From Camelus dromedarius (taxonomy: Eukaryota), in contig NC_087447.1 of assembly GCF_036321535.1 (NCBI RefSeq), forward strand, positions 51,028,001-51,092,000: DNA of 64,000 nucleotides, in the 5' to 3' direction. A program made the position numbers and the translations under genes. Shown here in pieces: positions 51,546 to 64,000 of this stretch (the stretch's first letter is position 1; every line of letters begins with the position of its first letter). The notes under the pieces are model-generated. The model was not told the DNA's origin. It did no database searches and saw only the letters and a list, made by a program, of their open reading frames with translations.

Positions 51546-53643
51546 TGTACTGGAACTAGAGGTGACAAGTAGCACAACAGTGTGAATGTACTAAATGTCA
51601 TTGAATTATTTACTTTAAAATGGTTAATTTTATGTGAATTTCACCTCTGTAAGTTTTAATAAATTAAAAGTAAATTTAAAATAAAATTTAAAAATTAATT
51701 AAAAAAAATTTAAAACACTGAAAACTTCCCACATCAAAAATGAAACAGAGACTACTCTGTATTACTTAATTTTGATTAAAGTAATGTATTTACAGCATTC
51801 TCAGTCAAAATGTAAAGATCGCAAAGTCTTGTGATAGTGGTCCGATGGAAGTAAGCACTGATCCATAGATAATGTTTTGGAAATGTGATCATAATAACAA
51901 GTATTCTGATCACAAACAGTATACAAATAATTTAAGATACATTTGCTTAATTTCTTGAAGTTAGTGGTTCTTGAGGGGAATCACTTGAAGTCTGGCTCAT
52001 GAATTATCACAATCAACCTTGTAGTGTAGGTATATGGGAAAAATCCATATTCTCCTTATTAGAATATATGGTTTCCTTAAGAAAAAGGATGATGCCTTGC
52101 TTATGTGCTTATGTTGACTTTTCACATAAAACTAGCATGGTGCATGTATATATTACTACTCAGTAAATGTTTGCTGAGCAACATTAAACTGCTTGATTTT
52201 CTAACAGGACTCAGGATATGATCTCTCTTAAGTCTGATGCCAGTTGAAACTATATCCATATAACTATAACCAAGTATTGACTTTAAAGGCTTACTAGTTA
52301 AAGAATTTGGACTTTGTAGTCTATTTACATCTCAGTGTAATCTTGACCAACTGTATTAACTTTGGTGAATTAGCTGATGTCCCTGAATTTTACCTCTCTA
52401 GAGGCAAGATTCCTCATTTGCAAAATGGGGGTGATAATAATTTCCTGGGCACATCATGTAAAGATGGTGATGAAAAAAACAACAGCTAACATTTATTGTG
52501 TTCACACGTTTTCCCAGCATTATGCTATGTGCCTATATGAATTATGTCAATTAATCTGTAAACCATTCCATCAGGTTACTGTTATCCTTGATTCACAAAT
52601 GAGAAAACTGATTATTAAAAACTTATCAAAAGTCCTATGTGTAGCTGATGGGTAAGCCAGGATTTCAAAAAGCCTGTGAGCTACCAACCACAGAACTTGA
52701 CATATAATAAATGCTCAATAAGTTGAAGCTATTATAATTATTTTGCAACTACTAGATTAATCTAAATTATGATTAGGAGAAAAAACATACATAATTTCCA
52801 ATGATAAAAGAAAAAAGACATATTTATGATCAACTACCCCGTGGCAAGAGGCAGGAAAAGCCAGAATATGAAGAGAGATACATCCAACAGCCTATCTCAT
52901 GGCTTAAGACACAGAAAGGTATCTAGGGGAATTTTTACTAGCTCAAGGAGATTTTAGAGATATGGATACATATATGAATATATATATAAATATATATATT
53001 CAGACTGTCTCTGAAGCATTTATAATTATCTGAAAAAAAATATTTTTAAATCTAAGAGAATGAGGATATTGATTAAATTAAGTAGTGATTAATAACAGTT
53101 AAATTTGAAAAAGTTACCATTTTATTTCTAGGTACTCTTAATTCTAAAAATCTGTTTCTAATTATATATTTATAAGTGTGGTGGTTAATAATTTGTTTCT
53201 TCTCATGCTTGGCTGTTCTAAGGGTTTTTCTAATGATTTAATTACGTCTGAATTATACCTTTAAGAAATCTGGCTATCTAGATCACAAAGTTATGTCTAA
53301 GGTACTACAATCCACTTGGTAATGGAAGAAGGAAATCAAGAACTTCTTGAGTTCTGATTTTATATGATCACTTTATAAAGAAACAAAAACATCAAGCATA
53401 CAAAAAAGTGTGTTGAATGGTGAGAGCTTGAAGCATGAAGGAGAATGAGCTGAAGGAACTTGATAAATGTTTGTTGGCAGAGGGAAGGAGGAAGACAGGA
53501 AGGGAAAGGTAAGAAGGGGAAAACAGATTCAAAAACGATAACCACACACAGAAATCCTGAGATGGGAAGAGATAAGTAGCCTGGTTGGAATGCAGATTTT
53601 GTGCAAGTAAGGTAATACATGCCAAGTGTGATCAAACACTTAC

Positions 53644-53798
53644 CTCAACCCATTGTAGAACAACCTCTTGTAGTCAACATTTATTCTACTGATATTTTCT
53701 TTTGTAAGGCGTTCAATGGGGAATAACCGGCCCACATGCTGAAAACCAGGAGCTGTGCTCCTGACATAATTTCTATCAATACCTGGCAACCAAAAAAT
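53644..53798 (-). CDS. GDPD4: GDPD4 internal coding exon, 155 nt, phase 0-2
   Basis: Acceptor ttttccttacag|ATT and donor AG|gtaagt. Translates [51 protein letters not shown](R), in phase with both neighbouring exons. Confidence 0.93.
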
Positions 53799-54808
53799 CT
53801 GTAAGGAAAAACAGGAAGTCTTTCAGTGGATAATCAGCTGTCTAGGTACAAACAGCCGCATGTAGTATAGAGGGAGCCCCATTCCAGCATGGGTAACAGT
53901 CTGTAGGGAGCAGAGAGATTCTAGACCTTGAAATAAATTTCCCCACTGATATTTAATTGGGTCATTCTTAGATTGCCAAATGTACCTATATAAAGCAATC
54001 ATCTCCATTATTATAGGGATAGAGGTGATAGAGTCAACCTGGCCTAATATTGTCTAACTCTTACTGTAATGGGACTTTCACCAGGGTTGTTCTGGAGCTG
54101 AGTTTTCCCAGTTAACATTACAGGACCAAGGGTCCATCGTGTCACCACACTAGCCGAAGTGGATGAAGAGCTGGTAGGTGTGGATGAAAGGTAGGAATCA
54201 TAAACATCATCTTTGAGAGCAGTCATTTCTTGCCAACAGGGAATGCTATTATGACCCCATCCGTGGGAATAATTCCATTTGCAAAAAGACATACACTTGT
54301 TTCACCCATAGGACTCTTCCATATTCTGAGAATTTAAGGATCTGGAATGACTGACTGCATAAAACACAGAGAGTTGCTTCTGAAAAATATGATCAACAAA
54401 TCTCTGCTCAGATAAGACCTAGCTGTTCTTTCTATATCATTAATGAAAGCTGGACTCCAAAGCCTTAGTGTTCCATACCCAGGTTCTTTCTAATAGCTCT
54501 ATGTTGGTGACAGTGCAGGTCACATCATATAGTCATTATATACATTCCCTTTTAACAGAGTGATAACATTTCATTTGGTTTGGAACAGCAAACAGCCTCA
54601 ATGTTTTTCCCCACTCATATAAATTTGAGTCATTCTTAGATTGCAAAATGTGTCTATATATAAAGCAATCATCTCCATTTTTATAGGGAGCAAAATTACT
54701 TAATGATCCCAGAGAAGACCTACAAGGTAGGTGAGGTTTAACTGCTATGCCCCTGGAACATGCTACCCACCTCCCAACCTCTACCATAAATACTGAGATG
54801 ACACATAC

Positions 54809-55030
54809 CAGATGTTGCTCAATCTTCGAGTCAAGGATCACGCGCACTAAATGACGGACATATGTGACTCTGTGAAAATGTTTTGGAGTAGGGACATTAA
54901 TATCAAATATCACAAATTTTTTTTCCTTCTGTGCAAGTTCCAATAAATCAGTTAGTTTTGGAATCTTTTGATTTCCTGCTTTTTCTTTATCAACCTCTGA
55001 TAGGGGTTTCATGTGGTAAAATGGCTTGAT
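54809..55030 (-). CDS. GDPD4: GDPD4 internal coding exon (glycerophosphodiester phosphodiesterase domain), 222 nt, phase 0-0
   Basis: Acceptor ttatttttag|ATC and donor CTG|gtatgt. Translates [74 protein letters not shown], typical of the GDE2/3/6 (GDPD5/2/4) family. Confidence 0.93.
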
Positions 55031-55819
55031 CTAAAAATAAGTACATCAGAGAAAACACTGGCTCCTATCAAAAGCATTTTCCAATTCTCCTGCTCCCCAC
55101 ACCCAGCCCTACGTCCATGTTGGTCCATTGCCATTCAACCCACCAGGTCCTCTGAAATACTGGTCCTGACATAAGAGTTGCCAAGAAGAGAAATTAAATG
55201 TAATCTCCAAAGTTAATTATGGTGTTTGGAACGATTTATTCTATATTGTAGAACCTGCTGTATTTTCACTGAAGGTCCTTCCAGTTCTTGTCTTCAACTT
55301 CCTTTTCAACCTTTTTTCTATAACTCAGAGTAATACAATCTCTTTTCAGCCATATTGGCTTCCCACATTTTCTCTCACTGTTCTAGTTTTGTGTAATGGA
55401 AAGAAAATAGGCTTTCAGGAATATGTCTGTTTTACATGTTTCAAAAAAAAAAACACAAAAATTGAGATGGTGGTCCTCTACTAATATGTGTAGGCTATTA
55501 ACCAAAGAACTATACCTCATTTTCTAGTACTACCTAACCCTAACATACTCTCTTTTGGTCCTATCTTAACTTTCTTTTATGTCCTAGCTGATAAAGATGT
55601 ACAATATTTATCACCTTCATCAAAGCAAAATCAACAATTTTCCTGGAAAGTTATGTTTCAGGCATTTAGTGAAGTCCCATTCTACTTTTCTCAAATCTTA
55701 AACCAAGATCTTAAGGATGTGCAGTAATCCATCTTGAAATTCTAAGACTGACTCTATAATTCTATTCACATAGCTTCTAAGGAGAAATTTTAATTCTACA
55801 AAATAACAGTTCATTATCC

Positions 55820-56156
55820 AGGGTTCAGCTAACTTATTCTGTGAAGGGCGATACACCACCTATTTTTCACTTTAATAGAAACATAGTCTCTGTCATAACT
55901 ATTCAACTCTGCTATTGTAGTGCAAAAACAGTCTTAGACAATTCATAAGTGAATAAGCATGGCTGTATTGTAATAAAACTTCATTCATGGATAATGAAAT
56001 CTGAGTTTTACATAATTTTTACATGTAAAACATTATTCTTTTGATATTTTTTTCCAACCACTTAAAAATGTGAAAACCATTCTGAGTTCACAGGCTGTAC
56101 GAAAACAGCCAGTGTGGGCTGTATTTGGATAGCAGGCCATAGTTTGCCAACCCCTG
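55820..56156 (+). mobile_element. MER58-like hAT-Charlie MITE
   Basis: Ends cagggttcagctaact and agtttgccaacccctg, internal actattcaactctgctattgtagtgcaaaa. Confidence 0.8.
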
Positions 56157-56299
56157 ATCTAAACCATGATATACTGGCTAAGCAGAGACATAATCTAATG
56201 AGATTACAAATTACCCAAACTTATCCAAAGCCAAACACTAAAGACAATTAAGATGATTTCTCAGATAAACTGGGTGTTATAGAGTATAGCAAGCAAGCT

Positions 56300-57340
56300 T
56301 TTTTTAAATAGACAGGTTTCTATATGATTTGACTTACTCAAATATCTTGGAACCATTCTCACAAAACAACCAAAAAGACCTTCAGTGATCTCAAAATATT
56401 TCTTCAACAATCATCTTTGCTGATCTTCCAGATCTTCATAAACCTTCTTTTTGAAAGTAAAAGGGAAGGCCATGGTCTATTGGTATTAATTAAACAACTT
56501 GATGTATATCAAAGATTTTGCCTATTAATGCCTATTCCCTGATCCAATAGCAAAGCTTTTTATCTTTGCCTAAGAGGGAAAAAAAAAAGGTCTTGGCTAA
56601 ATTAATCTAATAATTTTCAGATCTTGTACTAGGTCCATCTTTCTATTTTATGGTACCAATTCAATATAATCCCTGTTGTTCACTAAAAATATTCAATATT
56701 TTTATGTTAGTTAATTAATCACAAAATAGCTACCTTTTCTTTCTCATTTCACCATTCACCAATATAACAATCTCAATACAGCAACTGTATTATCCTTACC
56801 AGTGAAGGAGAATCTCATCATTTCTATAATCTAAGAACTGTTCATAACCAGAACAGATCTTTTGGATGCTCCTATATCAAATCTTAATATTAATTACTGA
56901 TAGGCTGAACTTAAAAATGAAAAAAGGTAATAATAGACTGATCATGCAGTAATTTTTCCAGATTCTCTTATAGAATCAAATTAAGTGGCTAAAATTATGG
57001 CCTTCTCTAGGGCATATGGGATTACTAAAAATAAAAGGGTAAATACACTCACTGATTGCTTGTTTGCTTTTGAAGTAGTTCACAAGTTTGAAATGCTATG
57101 GAGAAAAAAAGGTTTTTAACCTCTTCAGTTATCTGTATTAAAAAGTTAACAAATATACATACTACTTAGTGCTTTGGAACTCCCTCAATGAATTGCTGTC
57201 TTAGAAATAGAGCTCCACAATAAAACAGACATTAGGGGAGATGTTTTGGCAGATCATCATACTAAACAGAATGCTCTGATTAATGTCCTTAGACAAGGGC
57301 CTCTTATAGAGAAGACTAATCTAAGGAACTCAAGAATTCC
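56300..57340 (+). mobile_element. Ancient ERV1-class internal (pol) remnant including an RNase H trace
   Basis: ~57035-57130 reads RVNTLTDCLFAFEVVHKFEMLWRKKG and ~57237 reads GDVLADHHTKQNA, resembling retroviral RNase H motifs IYTDSRYAF..W..RG and GN..AD..AK. Confidence 0.55.
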
Positions 57341-57344
57341 ATCA

Positions 57345-57780
57345 TAAATGCAAACTTGGTGACTTAAGAGAAATTTATTCTCTCACAGTTTGAAGGCCGA
57401 AAGTCCAAAATCAAGGTGTTGGCAGGGCCACACTCACTCTGGTGGCTCTGGGGGAGAATCTGTTCCTTGCCTCTACTAGTTTCAGGTGACTGCTGGCATG
57501 CCTTGGCCTTCCTTGGCTAAAAGCGACATCATTCCAATCTCTGGTCATATTGCTTCTCTTCTTTCTGTGGTTTCCTCTATTTGTGTGTCTGTTTTCCCTT
57601 TGTCTATTATAATGATAACAGATAATTGTATTCAGGGCCCACCTAGATAATCCCAGATAAACTCCTTCTCTCTAGATCCATAACTTAATCTCATCTTTTG
57701 CCTTATATGGTAATATTCACAGGGTCTGGGGATTCGGATGTGGCTATATATTTTTATGGGTCACAATTAACATAATATAC
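57345..57780 (-). mobile_element. MaLR LTR (MLT1B/C-like)
   Basis: aaatttattctctcacagtt...aagtccaaaatcaaggtgttggcagggccacactc. Confidence 0.85.
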
Positions 57781-59328
57781 TAATTTTATTAATAAGGATA
57801 ATTTTTTAAAGTAATATCTAAATGAAGGAAAATATCCTCGAGCTAGTAGTAGAAGATAAAAAATTCTTGAGATGTAATAGTGAATGTTTATCATGACAAT
57901 TCTCATAGAAAACATGTGTAAACTCCACCAAGGTTGGGTGTATAATTCCTGTGTTCTTTTAGTATGTGGGAATCAGGTTTCTTGACATTAACCCAGGCCA
58001 AGGTTAAATATTCTGTGGGCCTCTTAGACCTCTCAAATCGAAGGACTCCTCAAACCCTCAGAAAACAATATCTGCTTATAAAGAGTGAAAAAATGGCATA
58101 TTTCCTAGGAAAGAGTCTTTTAGGGATATCAATCCCATCAACAGGAATTGAATAACTTGAGGAGGTAACTACCAAAAATTTGTCTTCCACTTTTGCTGAT
58201 ATGATACATAGCATAGCCCAAGCCCTTGGTATACAATATAAGTGTTAAATTCTTTAGCCTGAGTAGTTATGGAAAATAAAAAAGCCTGGGATTTACTTTT
58301 GACCAACTAGCACCATTGTTAACACTCTGTATTGTACCTGATTAAAGATAAATTTTGGCTTGATTAGAAGGGGCGAGGTGGGGTATTAAATGCAATTACA
58401 AGGACTTGCATTAGACTTGGCTTTGTGGCAGTGGATGCTACTGGAAACACAGTGTTTTAGGGAAATTAACTTATCAATGCCATTAACTGTACATTTTCAA
58501 CGACATGAGAGAGAAGAAATGAGTCTAACACTTGAATTTGCTTACTAAGCCCTGGATACTAGATAAGCATTCATTCAGCAAGCTTATGCTGTGTGCTCAT
58601 GAAACAAGAATCCTGCTCTCAAAATATTCACAGTTTAGTAAAGGGGATAAGACAGACAGACAAAAAAATTGCATTTAATTTGCCCTCAGAACACTACATT
58701 TTAAAAAGGAAAAAACTGAAGCTTGAAAGGACAAGTGACATGCCCAATGATTCAACTAACAGGTAAGTGAAAACTGACACTGAACAATTCCAGGCAAAAA
58801 TCCAGCCAATGCTAGCATTCTTTCCTTGGGTATATTTCCCACTATATATATCATGCGAGAATAAGAGCACTCAGAGCTGGTTAGTAACGAGATGGGGAGT
58901 TAGTACCAGAATGTATTTTAACAAACTACTTTCTTCACCAAGAAAATCTTGTTATGGAAAGATAAAAGCTGACTGAACTAAACAGTGTGTTTAGTGATAC
59001 AGCTTCATTATTGGTCATCTGCCCACATAGCAGATGTCTTGTATTTCCCCAAAATAACCGTGTGCTTTGTGCTAACTATGGTATGCCCTTTATTATTTTT
59101 AAATAACAGAAACAAAAGTTCCTCACTTCTGAAGGAGCTCAAATTCCTTAAATTTATGTTATCTTCTGCTATTTTTATTTTAAAACATTGTATTATCAGT
59201 CTACTTAAGTGTAGTAAAACTATAACCATTCATTGTTCTCAAGTACTTAATAGTCTTAAGTGATCAATCCACTACGATAACATTTATTGTGTTGTCTTTT
59301 CAACGTGGGATTCTAAATACAGAAAAAC

Positions 59329-59541
59329 AGAGCTCCTTGAACAACACAGGAGTTAGGAGTACTGACCCTCACATAGTCAAAAACCTGAGTATAACTTTAT
59401 AGCTGGTCTTCTATATCCAGAGTTCTGCACCTTCAGATTCAACCATGGATGTTGTAGTACTCTAGTATGTATGTATTTTCTTTTAATCTGCATATAAGTG
59501 GACCCATGCAGTTCAAACCCATGTTGTTCAAGGGTCAACTG
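59329..59541. mobile_element. Tigger2a-like MITE
   Basis: Terminal inverted repeats cag..ccttgaacaacac and atgttgttcaagggtcaactg. Confidence 0.8.
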
Positions 59542-59719
59542 CGAAATTATTAAATGTTTTCGCACCCCAAATTATGTGCTGTTTCTTAGACACCAAAATT
59601 TCATTCTTCATGCTATAAACCATATTATAGTGCTTACAAGCAAGAAGGACACCAGAAACAATTAGATATGTTTGGTATGCTCTGTATTGTTTTTAATCTT
59701 GGCACTATCCCTTGTCTTG

Positions 59720-60709
59720 AAATCTATGGTAAGTGTACGTTTATCTTTGTAAGAAATAGCCAATGGTCTTCCAGAGTGGTTGTATCATTTTGCATTCCCA
59801 CTAGCAATGCATGAGAATTCAACTGATCCACATTCTTACTACTTGTTGCTATTCCCAAATCTTTTTAAAAATTCATCTACAGGTTCTACAATAGTATCTT
59901 ATTCTGGTTTAAATTTGCATTTCTTTAACAATTAATTAAATTGAGTATCTTTTCATGTGCATGCTTGCCATCCATGTACTTCTTTGGTGAAGTATCCATT
60001 CAAATATTTGGCCATTTTTCAAATGGGCTATTTTCTTGTAAGTTCTGAATTTTCTTTATATATTGTAGATAAAAGTCCTTTGTCAGACATATGACTTGCA
60101 AACATTTTCTCCCAGTCTTGACTTGTCTTTTCATCCTCGTAACAATGTCTTTCACAGAGCAAAAGTTGAAAAACTTTTGCTGAGGCCCAATTTATCTATT
60201 TTTTCTTTTAAGAATCATGCTTTTGTTATTCTAAGAACTCTTTATCTAATCTACAGTAATTGCAATTTTTCTTCTACATTTTCTAACAGAAGTTTTATGC
60301 TAAATAAGAAAAATAAAAGAATTTTTTTTAGTGTCATTTATTCCCTTTCTGCTGCTGTTTCTTTCATGTAGATCCAAGTTTCTGACCTCAATCATTTTCC
60401 TTCCCTCTGAAGAACTTCTTTAGATATTCTTGCAAGGCAATTCTCTTGGTGACAAATAATCTCAGTTTTTGTTTGAGAAATTATTTTTCGGTTTTGAAAA
60501 ATAATTTTTCTGGATGCATAATTTTAGGTCAATGGTTTTTTTTTTTCTTTCAAAGCTGTATATAGTTTCTTATTTTCATGATTTCTAAAGAGAAGTCTGA
60601 TGAAATTGTTATCTTTGGTCTTCTATAGGTAAGAATCCCCCTCACTCTGATGTCTATGGATTTTTTTTCTCTTTGGTTTTCTGCAATATGAATATACTAT
60701 GCCACAGTA

Positions 60710-60749
<40 letters not shown>

Positions 60750-61690
60750 ATCCTGCTTGGTGTTCTCTCAGCTTCCTGGATGTCTGGTTTGGTGTCTGCC
60801 GTTAATTTTGGAAATTTTTCCACATTAATACTTCAAATAGTTCTTCTGTTCCTTTTACTCTTTCTTCTCCATTTGGAATTCCTATCACATGTATGTTATA
60901 CCCTTTTTAACTGTCCCCCAATTCTTGGCTATTCTGTCCTCTTCTTTTCATTCATTTTTCTCTTTGCATTTCAGTTTAGGAAGTTTCTAGTGACATACTT
61001 CAATATCATTGATTTTGTCCTTATCTTTTCCCAGTCAACTGATGCATCCATCAAAGACATTCTTTATTTCTGTCAAATGTTTTTGATTTCTAGTGGTTCC
61101 TTTTGATTCTAGGAGTTTCCATTTTCTGCTTACATTACCTACCTTTTCTTGAATGGTGTGTACTTTTTCCATTAGAGTTCTTAACATGTTAATCATAGTT
61201 AATTTAAATTGTCTGACATTCCCAAAATCTGTGCTGAGTCTGGTTCTGAAGCTTGCTTTGTCTCTTCATACTGTGTTTTCTCCTGTCTTTTTAGCATATT
61301 ATAATTTTTATGTTGGACATGATATAATCAATAATAGGAACTGAGTAATACGAACTAATAGGAACGCATTAGTGTTCCTTTTAGTGTCAGGTTTCATATT
61401 AATCTGGCTATGACCGGGACTATGTTTAATGTTTGCCCTTGCTATAGGTAACACAGGATGCACTTTCCTTATTTTATTTTGTGTCCTACCCTACTTCTTT
61501 GGGTTCCTTAAGAACTCCTTCTTAAACAGAGTCTGTATTGCAGCTCTCTCTGAGTTGTAATCCACTATCATTATGCTGAAGCTCTGTTCATGTAGTGGCA
61601 AAGTATTGAGGAAGGGAAGATATTACAATCTTATGATTAAATCTTAGTTTCTTAGTGGGTCTGAGTTTCTGGGCTATGACTTGTAAAAGC
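59720..61690 (-). mobile_element. Old L1 fragments (ORF2 end and ORF1 region), including (TG)n at ~60715-60746
   Basis: ttgcattcccactagcaatgcatgagaattc, and antisense ORF1 peptide EKFPKL...DIQEAERTPSRIN. Confidence 0.7.
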
Positions 61691-61708
61691 ATTTTTTAGT
61701 ATTTTTTT

Positions 61709-63515
61709 AACTTTTTTTTTTTTGAGTTATACTCATTTTACAATGTTGTGTCAAATTCCAGTGTTCAGCACAATTTTTCAGTTATACATGAGCATACATA
61801 TATTCATTGTCACATTTTTTCACCGTGAGCTACCACAAGATCTTGTTTATACTTCCCTGTGCTATACAGTATAATCTTGTTTATCTATTCTACATTTTGA
61901 AATCCCAGTCTGTCCCTTCCCACCCCCTGCCCTCTTGACAACCACAAGTTTGTATTCTATGTCTATGAGTCTGTTTCTGTTTTGTATTCATGTTTTTTTT
62001 TTTTATTCCACATATGAGCAATCTCATATGGTATTTTTCTTTCTCTTTCTGGCTTACTTCACTTAGAATGACATTCTCCAGGAACATCTGTGTTGCTGCA
62101 AATGGCATTATGTTGTCGGTTTTTATGGCTGAATAGTATTTCATTGTATAAATATACTACCTTTTCTTTATCCAGTCATCTGTTGATGGACATTTAGGCT
62201 GTTTCCATGGCTTGGCTATTGTAAATGAACATTGAGGTGCAGGTGTCTTTTTGAAGTAGGGTTCCTTCTGGATATATGCCCAGGAGTGGGATTACTGGGT
62301 AATATGGTAACTCTATTCCTAGTCTTTTGAGAAATCTCCATACTGTTTTCCATAATGGCTGCACCAAACTACATTCCCACCAACAGTGTAGGAGGGTTCC
62401 CTTTTCTCCACAGCCTCTCTAGCATTTGTCGTTTGTGGACTTTTGAATGATGGCCATTTTGACTGGTGTGAGGTGATACTTCATTATAGTTTTGATTTGC
62501 ATTTCTCTGATAATTAGTGATATTGAGCATTTTTTTCATGTGCCTATTGATCATTTGTATTTCTTCCTTGGAGAATTGCTTGTTTAGGTCTTCTGCCCAG
62601 TTTTGGATTGGGTTGTTTGTATTTTTCTTATTAAGTCATATGAGCTGCTTATATATTCTGGAGATCAAGCCTTTGTCGGTTTCATTTGGAAAAAATTTTC
62701 TCCCATTCCGTAGGTTGTCGTTTTGTTTTACTGGTGGTTTTCTTTGCTGTGCAGAAGCTTGTAAGTTTAATTAGGTCCCCTTTGTTTATTCTTGCTTTTA
62801 TTTTTATTGCTTGGGTAGATTTTCCTAGGAGAATATTTTTGAGATGTATATCAGATAATGTTTTGCCTATCTTTTCTTCTAGGAGGTTTATTGTATCTTG
62901 TCTTATATTTAAGTCTTTGATCCATTTTGAGTTTATTTTTGTGTATGGTGTCAGGGAGTGTTCTAGTTTCATTGATGTATGTGCTGCGCTCCAGTTTTCC
63001 CAACATTATTTGCTGAACAGACTGTCTTTATTCCATTGTATATTCTTGCCTCCTTTGTTGAAGATTAGTTGACCAAAAGTTTGTGGGTTCATTTCTGGGC
63101 TCTCTATTCTGTTCCTTTGGTCTATGTGTCTGTTTTTGTACCAATACCATGCTGTTTTGATTACTGTAGCTCTGTAGTATTGTCTGAAGTCTGGGAGTTA
63201 TTCCTCCAGCCTCTTTCTTTTTCTTCAGTAATGCTTTGGCAATTCTAGGTCTTTTGTGGTTCCATATAAATTTTTATTATGATTTGTTCAAGTTCTGTGA
63301 AATATGTCCTGGGTAATTTGATAAGGATTGCATTAAATCTGTAGATCGCCTTGGGCAGTATGACCATTTTAACAATATTGATTCTTCTAATCCAGGAGCA
63401 TGGGATATCTTTCCATTTTTTTTAAGTCTTTTTTAATTTCCTTAATCAGTGTTTTATAGTTTTCCATGTATAAGTCCTTCACCTCCTTGGTTAGATTTAC
63501 TCCTAGGTATTTTAT
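61709..63515 (-). mobile_element. Young 5'-truncated L1 (~1.8 kb)
   Basis: ORF 62682 [26 protein letters not shown] gcattt(tt/cc)tagtattttttt at ~61689-61708 and ~63516-63535. Confidence 0.9.
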
Positions 63516-64000
63516 GCATTTCCTAGTATTTTTTTTTTCTCTACCTTTACATGAGATGGAAAGGCCAGAGGGGAACTTGAGTTGACTAATCTCCCTTCCC
63601 ATGTATCAGATAAGGTTCTGATAAAGTGGTTACCCCTGGAGGCAAAGCCTGTAATGGAGAACATTCCGCATGTATTTCAAAAGGGTTACTTTTCTTCTCC
63701 CTCTACCCAAAACAGAAGATGATTTTTCTCTTGATCTTTACTATGAGAACCTGACAGAGTTCCTGGATACACAATCCACAAATGTGTGGGGGCCTGTATA
63801 AATTAGGCCTCCAAGAATTTTTATGTCTCAAGAGAGTCCACACTCAGCCTCTAGAAATTAGTCAAAATTACCACTTACTTAAACTGCTTCAAGCAGTTAT
63901 TGGCTCCAATGGCTTCTGTTTCTAGTAAGCTGATCTTGGCTGTGATTTTCTGCACTCACCTGTCTCTCCAGATTTCATAGTGATGGTTTACCCTGTGACT

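Noticed and set aside
54536..54808. ORF extension beyond the GDPD4 exon (VCVISVF...)
   Set aside because: Read-through past a clear GT donor. The same applies to the ORF extensions at 34540-34719 and 31829-31975.
55031..64000. Next upstream GDPD4 exon
   Set aside because: No GDPD-like peptide with splice sites seen. The region is repeat-filled, so the exon probably lies beyond the window.

Overview
Mammalian genomic DNA, most likely a camelid (inferred from Vic-1-type tRNA-derived SINEs). It is dominated by LINE-1, MIR, L2, MaLR/ERV and DNA-transposon relics. The only gene I can support is the 3' part of GDPD4 on the minus strand: six coding exons (55030 down to 25490) with GT-AG boundaries and matching phases, totalling 1125 nt (374 aa plus stop). 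Two things stand out. (1) The GDPD4 terminal exon and its flanks exist as an old tandem duplicate about 10 kb downstream. That copy carries ~14 units of a 30-bp (10-aa, 'VSPKENVKPP'-like) repeat but has lost its splice acceptor and is frameshifted. (2) A ~540-bp block that I recognise from memory as MYO7A 3'UTR-like lies tail-to-tail with GDPD4, but it starts abruptly at an L1 and no MYO7A coding exons precede it, suggesting a rearrangement or duplication breakpoint. The remaining findings are unusual retrotransposon structures. Repeat family names are by eye and repeat boundaries are approximate. I found no evidence for a new multi-gene system, and most ORFs in the supplied track are repeat-derived or chance.
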